DNA of 46,427 bases from Vicugna vicugna (lineage: Eukaryota). Below the pieces are notes generated by a model. It had not been told where the DNA came from, did not search any database, and saw nothing but the letters and a program-made list of their open reading frames with translations. Positions 11,701 to 21,104 of the stretch are shown here, piece after piece (the first letter of the stretch is position 1; every line of letters begins with the position of its first letter). Where the stretch lies: positions 72,033-118,459 of the forward strand of contig MU058018.1 of NCBI GenBank assembly GCA_013265495.1. Reading direction: 5' to 3'. The translations under genes and the position numbers were made by a program.

Positions 11701-13171
11701 TAACTGAATAGGACTGGTTACATTAGAGCTTCAGTTAGTAAAAAATAATAGTAATATATAGCTTCAAATGGAATATTGGAATCATCTCCACAGGTCACCT
11801 AAGTCACTATTGACTATTTCTCTTAAGTTGAGGCAATGCTGTTGATGGTTAATTTTGACCATTACATGTGAACTCTTCTTAATTTCACTCTAAACATGAC
11901 CACCTCATTTCACAGTTCTGGGGAACTATTGTCAGCATGGATGGAAACCCAGAGGGCAGTGGTAGGAGCCGACATCAAGCAGTTGACTCATCATTTCATA
12001 GTGGATTTTTACATCATTACCTAATGCATGAATTTCAATGTCAACAGGAAGATAACAAAAATAATTCACATTTGTACAGCATTTTAAATGTTAAAACAAG
12101 TATTAATTTATTTGATTCCCCCAACTTTATAAGATGATAAACTTGAGTGGCTGAAAAAAAACTGTTAATAGATAAATCATTGATGTTTTTTCCATCAACA
12201 GAAGCGAAAAGACCTCTTATATCAAAACATTCATTTGGCCTCAAAATGAGAATTCCTGGTATGTGAATTAGGTTTGATTCTTCATTTTTATTTGTTTATT
12301 TTTTTTAGTTTGATTCTTTAGAACTCTGAAGAAACAGCAGAGCCCAGCTACCTCAGATAGAGGCACCAACACCCCGAGACACTGTAGGCAGGGATAATTT
12401 CATGCTTATGTGCCACGCCTAATTCTTGCCGGTAGGGAGTGGGGGTGGGGGGAGTATGAGTGATGGAAATCCACAGATAATCAACAAACTTCTTTTGCTC
12501 GAAGGGTTTGTGCTCTTTCCCCAAGGAGGCTTTTGCCGTGATCTCTACCTAGAAGGAAAAATTGGCTGCTCTTTCTTCTTCTTCAAGCCGCCTTCCCAGC
12601 GTGTGCGCATGAGGCTCCCCTCCAGGAGTGTGTGTAGCCTCACCACTGGAGGTCATCTTTTTTTCATCACCATCTGGAGGTCTTTTCCCAGGCACTTTAG
12701 TTGCTCCTCCACCTGATTACAATATCCCACTGATCCTGTTTTGCACTCTCTGCTTCTTAACAGGATCTCTCTTTGGTGTCCCAACACCATAAAGAAGTTA
12801 ATAATGCATAATGAGCTTGGACATCAATAGTTTGAGCTGCAGTGGACTAAAATTACCCTTCTCTTTCATGGCACCATGAAGGCAGAGTCTAATCATTGGT
12901 TCAGTGAATTCCCACGTCAAGACAGACATAGGTGAATATTTTGTGAAAAGTAAGCACATGAGCACAGGGCACCGCCAATGCACCTTTTTTCCTCTTGCTA
13001 TTCATCTGGAAAAATGATAGCTTTGCATCTGTCCTTGAAAAACCAGCAACTAATAGCCTGGAAAAACTACCTTTGTCTTGTAAAATGCACAATAAAATCT
13101 TTGCCGTTCCCACATAAATTCAGGTTGTCTTGCACTACCTTTGGTTTTGTGTTTCTTAATAAATTATGATT

Positions 13172-13372
13172 TAGAATTTATAGATGCTAACTACTGTATA
13201 TAAAATAGATAAACAACAAGGTCCTACAGTACAGCACAGGAAACTATATTCAATACCTTGTAATGGCCTATAATGAAAAGCTATGAATAGGGATATATAT
13301 ACATATATATAAATGAATCTTTATGCTGTACACCAGAAATTAACAAAGTACTGTAAATTAACTATATTTCTG
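13172..13372 (+). mobile_element. 5'-truncated L1 3'UTR end
   Basis: tatataaaatagataaacaacaaggtcctacagtacagcacaggaaactatattcaata is an artiodactyl-type L1 3'UTR and is similar to 20900-21090. Confidence 0.88.
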
Positions 13373-13373
13373 A

Positions 13374-13598
13374 TTTTTTTTAATTGAAGTATAGTCAGTT
13401 TACAATGTTTCAGTTCTAGTGTACGGCATAATGTTTCAATCATACATTGCACATACATATATTCCTTTTCATATTCATTTTCATTATAGGTTACTGTGAG
13501 ATATTGAATACAGTTCCCTGTACTATACCAGAAAAAACTTGTTTTTTTAATCTATTTTATACATAGTGGTTAGTATCTGCAAATCTCTAACTTACAAT
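13374..13598 (-). mobile_element. 5'-truncated L1 3'UTR end, inverted, at the tail of the previous L1
   Basis: Poly(T) followed by attgaagtatagtcagtttacaatg...tatctgcaaatctc, a reverse-complement match to 20885-21095. Confidence 0.9.
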
Positions 13599-14527
13599 TT
13601 AAAAAAATTTTTTTAATTTAAAAAATATATGATTAGCATGCCTAGACACATTTTCACACTGTTAAACACATCTATTTTCCTTAGATATATGAGAGAGTCA
13701 TTGCTTAGGTATGTCAGGAGCCTCCAAAACATATTCCTTTTTTTATTTTAATACACTAATAGAAGGGAAAAGGGTGTCTTTTCTATGAATTGCTTCCTTG
13801 GAGAAGTAAAACACACACACAAAAGCTAGTATTTATTAAATGAATACATGAATAAACTAATCCTTTAAAACAACTCGGGTACATGGACAAAACATTTGAT
13901 CTGGGGAAAGGACAAGAAGTAGGAGGCAATTTGGGATCAGCATTTGCTCCAATGAGTGTAATTATTGTGTAAATTGTGGCTCTTGACAAAAATCTCTGAG
14001 TCCTGTTGAGATGTTGTTAATGCCCCAGGAAGAAGCCTGCCTTCTCTAGCGTGATTGCTTTCAAAGATGCTGCCGCCCCCTTCCTCCTTTTCCCACAGGA
14101 GATGGGCAATTTGCCAGTGTTTCATTTTCAAGTGCCATTGTTCACCTAGAGCTTTAGGAAAAGCTCCTGCTTTTTATTGTTAATCCAAATCTAAACGATG
14201 ACCATTTGAAAAAAAAAAATCTTGGAACATTTTACAACAAATTTATTAGGCACTGACATTTAACCACGATGACACAAACAGCTCTGTCACTTGTTTTTTA
14301 ACTTAACAAGTAATTTAGTAATTTATGCAGCCTCGGAATTACTTTATTGGTTTGTGAAATCTCCTTCTATGAGTAATTCATGGGAAAATTATAAATCTAC
14401 GGCTGCTTCTGCAATACCTTTCCAACATTCATTCCATTAGTTACAATTCTGACAACAAAGCAACTCGGTAATGTTTATTGCGTGATTCAATCACTCGAAT
14501 GTCATATTTTACATTGTATATATATAT

Positions 14528-15581
14528 AGGACACTGCAGAAGAACGGTCCAATTGTCCTACATTCTAAGGAAATTAGACACATTTATTCATTAAAGAACT
14601 TGAAGAATAGGTTAAAGATGTTAATGATTATTGAATGTGAGCTCATGCTGGGACCTTATGTGAATTAGGTTTGGCAGTCTTGGATTAATTCTTCATATTT
14701 AACACACGCTACACATTCAGGGGGTAATTTCCTGTGTTTTATCATAAAGACTGAAGCAAGATCAAAATGGATGCCAGAATTTGAAACGGTTCTGTGCAAA
14801 AATGGGAAGCAGGTAATCCTTGCTTTTATCACCCCTTTGCACAGCCCTTTGAGCATGTGTCCTCGTCCTGGTCCACCCCTCACTTGCCATGGTCTGCCCA
14901 CCTCCCAGCACTTGGGGTCTGTCACTTGGCCAAGGCCCCCGCCGTGACAGCGTCCTTCTGCTCCCAACCTTTCCTATTCCCTTCGCTTTCAGTTCGAAAA
15001 TTTCCTACAAATGTTACACTCTTTAAGAGTCCCTTCTAGTCTAGAGAACAAGAAAGGACCCTGCAGAAGAATGGTCCAATTGTCCTACATTCTAAGGAAA
15101 TTAGACACATTTATTCATTAAAGAACTTGAAGAATAGGTTAAAGATGTTAATGATTATTGAATGTGAGCTCATGCTGGGACCTTATGTGAATTAGGTTTG
15201 GCAGTCTTGGATTAATTCTTCATATTTAACACACGCTACACATTCAGGGGGTAATTTCCTGTGTTTTATCATAAAGACTGAAGCAAGATCAAAATGGATG
15301 CCAGAATTTGAAACGGTTCTGTGCAAAAATGGGAAGCAGGTAATCCTTGCTTTTATCACCCCTTTGCACAGCCCTTTGAGCATGTGTCCTCGTCCTGGTC
15401 CACCCCTCACTTGCCATGGTCTGCCCACCTCCCAGCACTTGGGGTCTGTCACTTGGCCAAGGCCCCTGCCGTGACAGCGTCCTTCTGCTCTCAACCTTTC
15501 CTATTCCCTTCGCTTTCAGTTCGAAAATTTCCTATAAATGTTACACTCTTTAAGAGTCCCTTCTAGTCTAGAGAACAAGAA
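14528..15581. repeat. Head-to-tail tandem duplication, 527 bp unit x2
   Basis: 14528-15054 versus 15055-15581, with 5 substitutions and no indels. The ORF track shows duplicated ORF pairs. Confidence 0.98.
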
Positions 15582-15809
15582 CATTGATTTGTGTTTAGGA
15601 GTTAATAGCTGGTAGTAGCTATTAATGTGACACCCTTCCACATATAATTTGCATTTAAACAGCTGCCTTGAACTGAAAGAGTTGGAGAAGGCTGAGGATT
15701 TCAGACTCTGAGGCAGGGCCAATGAGAGTTATTTTTTGTCATCAAGCCCTTCCCAGTGCCTCTCAGGTGTTTAATCAGTCTATGAGACATGAGGAGGGAG
15801 AAAACTAAA

Positions 15810-15975
15810 TAAACACAGCTCTGATTTGATTCCCAGCTCTGACAATTACTAGCTCTGTGACCTTGAGCTAGTTCTCCAGTGTCCTCAATCATAAAATAGG
15901 GCTAATAATGTTTTATGAAGACTAAATGAGTAAGATAGCAAAAACTCCTGAAGGTTTAACATTATAAGAATGTCA
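15810..15975 (+). mobile_element. MIR SINE remnant
   Basis: gattcccagctctgacaattactagctctgtgaccttgagc...taaaatagggctaataat. Confidence 0.78.
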
Positions 15976-16447
15976 GCTAAAAATCTTTTGGTTACAAATG
16001 ACAGACATTCAACTCAAACCACATATTCTGATAGGGTAGAAATGTGTTGTTGTTTAGAAATACATATTTTTAGCAAGCAAAGGCAGGGATTCTGACATGG
16101 GTGGTAATTGATCATACTTCCATGAACACTATCCTAGGGAGTCCAAGGAGTGTTCCACAGACCTGAAGAAATGAGAGGCAGGAGATGTCAGAGAATGTAG
16201 TGGTCCAGATCTAGAATCATCTGAAGTTAAGGATGACAACCTCCATAAACCACAGAGAGTACAGATGAGATTGAAAGGTCATGCCGAAAGTAAATCTAAC
16301 TATACACTAAATCTCTAAGGATTTGAGAATAATCTTTGACAACAGAGAAAATTACGGATTTTTTTAAATATATAGAAATTAACTGAAATCAGGGAAGATC
16401 ATTGGACCACTAGTGGTAATCTGATAAAAGGAGCAGAAAATGAAAGT

Positions 16448-16874
16448 GGTGCCAGAAGAGTGGAGATGAAAAAATGCAGTCCCATTTTCTTTAAAGAGCC
16501 CAAAATTGGATTCTTCCAGGTATAGCACAATGAATCTTGGTGTCAATCTTGAGAGATTATGAAATGGGATGTTGAATGAAAGATGTCTAAGAACTTAATG
16601 GAGAACATGGTACTCATCGAGAACCTGTATCAGTTTCCTAAGAACTAGTCAGATTATTTACGGTGCTATAAGAGTGGAGATGAAAAAATGCAGTCCCAGT
16701 TTTCTTTAAATAGCCCAAAATTGGATTCTTCCAGGTACAGCACAACGAATCTTCGTGTCAATCTTGAGAGATTATGAAATGGGATGTTGAATGAAAGATG
16801 TCTAAGAACTTAATGGAGAACATGGTACTCATCGAGAACCTGTATCAGTTTCCTAAGAACTAGTCAGATTATTT
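16448..16874. repeat. Tandem duplication, ~214 bp unit x2, inside the L3 remnant
   Basis: 16448-16659 versus 16662-16874, with 6 substitutions and a 1 bp indel. Confidence 0.97.
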
Positions 16875-17004
16875 CTACTTTTGATAGAATTACCAGATTG
16901 GCCAATTTTATATGACCAGGAAAAATTGGACATACAGTGTGTCTGGAGTTCAATTGTCCATGAATCTACCATGGAGAAGAATAAAGAAAACAGTTAACTA
17001 TCAG

Positions 17005-17400
17005 GCAGGAAAAGCTTTCCCTTTCCCCTGTCAGGTTCAGTGACTGTGAGGGCTGTGAATGAAATCAACAAAAGACAGATTAACAAAAGGCAAGACGTAT
17101 AACTTTTCCTACTATCTTACGTACACAGGAATTCACAGAAAAGAAGCATAACTCAAAGAGTTTGGGAGCTTATCTACCAATCTAATAAAGGAAAGGTGAT
17201 TTAGGCTTCAAGGGAAAATAATAAGGGTTATTTCAAGGTCTGTTTCACAAACTTCTCTTGGTGTTGACTGTCCTCTTCTTGGTTCGGGGTTGGGAACATG
17301 AGGGATCAGGGGAGGAATATCCTCTGCAAGAACTATTTACCACTCTGTAGGTAGCTGAGAGATGTACAAATGTTCTCTTTTCTGGTAGAGGTTCAAATGT
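17005..17400 (-). mobile_element. ERV1-class LTR remnant (MER34/MER39-like)
   Basis: acaaaagacagattaacaaaaggc...cacagaaaagaagcataactcaaagag resembles reverse MER34-group LTRs. Confidence 0.5.
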
Positions 17401-17599
17401 CTTCCCCTGAACTCTGCGGGGTGGTGGTGGTGGAGATTTGCCTCCATTTGTAATTCATTTCAACATTCCTTTTCTCCATATGAATTTGGGCTTTTTGAAT
17501 TTTTCTTTAAACTGGTTCCCTTATATACATGGTTCTCTCAGTTAGTGACTAGAATAAAGCTTAATCACATGATCATTTTACATCCAAAGGAGAGTCACT

Positions 17600-17805
17600 T
17601 TTTTACCATTTTTTTAAGTGTCTTTCAACAGTGAAATCACTTGTTGTGTAGGATTGGAAAACTCCACTGTATATTCTTGAGAAAATGAGTGATAAAGAAA
17701 AATAATGCCTTAGTATTTTTAAGAAAGCAGTTTTTATTTTGCAGAACCCCCAACAATTTTAGAAACCCCCAGGGATCTCAGAATCATATTTTGAGAACTA
17801 CTGCT
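17600..17805. mobile_element. hAT-Charlie1-family terminal fragment
   Basis: aataatgccttagtatttttaagaaagcagtttt...cccagggatctcagaatcatattttgagaactactg, similar to 40550-40663. Confidence 0.7.
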
Positions 17806-18027
17806 TCACAGTTTTAAGAACTGTCTCATTCAACACAGCCAATGAAAAGGATTTTTATTTAGAGTCAAGTCAAAAAGATGGTGTTGGGAACCTAAAATGT
17901 AGTCTGATAGAAAAGTTTAAAGAAATTGAACAATACATTTAGCAAAGAAAAGATAAAATTTAAGGGAATAGGATATTAATATTCAAATGTTTAAAAAGGC
18001 TTAACATAGAAGACTAACATTTCTCAT

Positions 18028-18493
18028 GCAAAGGTGGAGTTTGATTCCTTTTGCCTTGAATTAAGTGGAAATTTAGTGACTTACTCCTCGTGAATAGATA
18101 GATGAAAAAGTGACACTGAATAATGTTCCAAATCTAGGTCCTACAAGATGATACAACTTACCTAGTTGTGTCTCTGGACAACCATCCTTGAGATCTAGCC
18201 ACCATTTTGTGAGGAAGAAAGCTTAGGTCACATGGAGAAGCCATGTGTAAATGTTTTGGCCACCAGCACAAGCTAAGGTCGAAGTCAACAGCCAGCATCA
18301 ACCACGAGACTGAGTGAACAATACTTCAGCAGCCAGTCTTTGCATCATCCCAGCTAAAGCCGAGTAAAGCAGGGACAAGCTGATGACTGCCAAGTTCTGA
18401 GCAACTTGCAAATCCACAATCAAAATATATGTTGTTGTTTGTAGCCACTAAGATTGGTGGTGGTTTGTTATGAAGCAATAAGTATCCAGAACA
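18028..18493 (+). mobile_element. MLT1 (MaLR) solo LTR, MLT1F/G/H-like
   Basis: 3' end gccactaagattggtggtggtttgttatgaagcaataagtatccagaaca and internal gccagcatcaaccacgagac. Confidence 0.8.
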
Positions 18494-19031
18494 AAAAAGC
18501 AATTACTTCTTGAAGGGTTATCTCTAAATTTTTGGTGACCATTATATGGATACCAACGTTGGTGGATTGTATAAAGACTTCTCTAATGACAATCTATTCA
18601 AAAATACAATCATAGAATGAGCACATTTAACATTCATTATTTTTTATTTTCTCTATGAGGAGATGTGGACATAGCAAGATCAAATGCTTCACTTCTCTGC
18701 TCCTTAATGGCTCAGCCAGAACTAAAATCAAAGAAGCCTGAATCTTATTTAATTTCATTTCCCACTAGTCCATTTTCATTGGAAAGTCTTGGTTTCCCTA
18801 CCTCCAGAGCTCTTCAAAGAGAGACTTCCTACTTGTCAGGAGTATGACATAAAGGAGTACAAGGTTGGATGGCGCATTTGACTAGATGATATATAAGCAC
18901 CTTTTCAACACCAAGAAGTTATGACTCTTTGTCTTAAAAAAGACATGTGTTTGACCTATGAGAAATAACAGTCTTCTCTATACTGTACCACTTAGACTTC
19001 TCTGGGGTCTCTGTCTCCCAGATTAGTAATT

Positions 19032-19071
<40 letters not shown>
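19032..19071. repeat. (TAGA)10 microsatellite
   Basis: Perfect tetranucleotide array. Confidence 0.99.
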
Positions 19072-19649
19072 ATTTTAAATATTACAGTATTTTAGTTAAT
19101 TTTCCCTCAGAGAGACTGAGAACTGTAGCATGCATCCATGTGCTCACTGATTCATTCAACTGATAGTTGTCAGGAGCCCAGATGTGCTTCATGTTTTTAG
19201 ACGTGTAAGGAACTAAGGCTATTTAACTTCACTTAATCCAATCCAAATTCTCCCAAGTATACTTCCATCTTATTTAATTTTTATTCTTATTCTATTTTTC
19301 TTAATGCTAATTTTTACATGTTTGAGAAAGGTTAAGAATTATTTTGCTCTTTATCCTTAAATTACAGATTAATCGAAAACATTAAAAAATGGAAATATAT
19401 CGTGATCATAGAAGGGTGTAGGAACTTTGTTACAAGGCTACATTGGTGAGCTGGAAATATTTAATTGTCGCTAAGTGGACTATTTGCTTTCTTTTTCCAT
19501 GATTGTAGCTAAAATATATGAGATGCTTAGAAAAAAACCTAAAGCAAAAGGCAAATATTTTCCTGAAGGAAGAGCATTCTAATGTTAATGGCTGTTTCTA
19601 TACAGAATTTTGAGGACAGCAATACCAGGTATGGCAGGGAGGGCAGATC

Positions 19650-19872
19650 TGTCACCAAACTGCCCAGGTTCATGTCTCAGTCTGTGCATTTCTTTACCCT
19701 TAACTAGGGTGAGTTACAAAGCTCTTTACACTCTCTTCATTTGTAAAAGGGGATGATCATAATAGTACCAATTTCATGTGATGGTTACAATGATGAAAGC
19801 AGTTAAGATTTCTACCAGTACTGAGAACAATGCTTTGCCCCATGTTTGTGCAGTATAAGCATTTGTTAATTA
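19650..19872 (+). mobile_element. MIR SINE remnant
   Basis: ctgcccaggttcatgtctcag...cttcatttgtaaaaggggatgatcataatagtacc. Confidence 0.7.
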
Positions 19873-20179
19873 AAATGTGAACATGTAATAATACTTTAAC
19901 AATATACTTCTTTCTTGTGATTGATTACAAAGCTCAGTTTTGTATAATCACCACATATTTTCTTTGAAAATGGATGAATCAATGGCTTTAGAATTAATTT
20001 AGCCATAACAGTAAACTGTCCATTTACTTCTCTTTCTATTTTTAAATCCTCTAAAACTTTGGAACTCAGATGATTTACTACCACCATAGAACGCAATTAA
20101 ATGTAATCTACACTGTCTACTTAATATCTTGTTAAACTTAATTTTTACCTTAGGTTCTTTGCTTTGGAGATCTTGTGAA

Positions 20180-20515
20180 AACTTTCATCGCTCTAGGGGT
20201 GGAGTGGGGATATGTTCATAAAGTTTCATAAGATTTTCGGTATTACCATTCACTCATTTTTAATCCACCTAAATTTAAACATTTTTTGTAGTGTAAAATA
20301 GGCATCTAGATTTATTATTATTCATATAATAAGTCAATTTTCCCAACATCATTTATTAAGCCAACCATATACAACAGTGTCTGTATCCTCGTCATACACC
20401 AAGTGTCCATATGTTCATGGGTTTATATCTGGGCTCTTGAATGTAACCCATTCATCTATTTCTTTTTTCTTTTCCCGTGCCTTACCACACTTTTAATCTT
20501 TATTGATATATAGTA
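20180..20515 (-). mobile_element. Old L1M ORF2 fragment
   Basis: caattttcccaacatcatttattaa...ccatatgttcatgggtttatatctgggctct resembles antisense L1M. Confidence 0.68.
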
Positions 20516-20648
20516 ATAGACCTTCTTTACTGAGCAATATGTATCATTTATGATGATAATTACAAGCTATAGAGTGTAATGAGAATGCTAATTTAAAACA
20601 AAGAAACAAAAGTGAAAGGAATCCAGTCACTGAAAAGTGAAGTAAGTC

Positions 20649-21104
20649 AAAAAGAATAAAATAATGCCATTTGCAGCAACATGGATGGACCTAGAGATTG
20701 TCATTCTAAGTGAAGGAAGCCAGACAGAGAAAGAAAAATATCATATGATATCACTCATGTGTGGAATCTAAAAAGAAAAGAGAACACTAATGAACTCATC
20801 TCCAAAACAGAAACAGACTCACAGACATAGTAAACAATCTTACGGTTACCGGGGGAAAGTGGGTGGAAAGGAATAAATTTGAAAGTTTGAGATTTGCAAA
20901 TGTTAGCCACTATATATAAAAATAGATTAGAAAACCAAGTTTCTTCTGTATAGCACAGGGAACTCTATTCAATGTCTTATAATAACCTTTAATGAAAAAG
21001 AATATGAAAATGAATATATGTATGTATATGCATGACTGGGACACTGTGCTGTACATTAGGGGTTGACACATTGTAACTGAGTATACTTCAATGAAAAAAA
21101 GAAT
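20649..21104 (+). mobile_element. 5'-truncated L1 (last ORF2 codons, full 3'UTR, short A tail)
   Basis: ataatgccatttgcagcaacatggatggacctagag matches 553-660 of this window. Candidate TSD aaaaagaat at 20649-20657 and 21096-21104. Confidence 0.95.

Larger units (their letters stand above)
16260..18930 (+). mobile_element. Fragmented CR1/L3 LINE (pieces ~16260-16990, ~17860-18025, ~18495-18930) interrupted by younger elements
   Basis: RT-region text gtggtgccagaagagtggaga...gtcccattttc and ttttgatagaattaccagattgg, and a CR1-type 3' end gactagatgat...ccttttcaacaccaagaagttatgactct. Confidence 0.68.

Noticed and set aside
12260..14673. 17 bp exact match TATGTGAATTAGGTTTG at 12260-12276 and 14657-14673
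   Set aside because: There is no flanking similarity, and one AT-rich match of this length in 46 kb can arise by chance.
6065..16874. Direct repeats considered as a CRISPR-like array or a duplicated gene
   Set aside because: They are long two-copy duplications with no repeat-spacer pattern, in eukaryotic DNA with no cas genes. The duplicated ORFs are a by-product.
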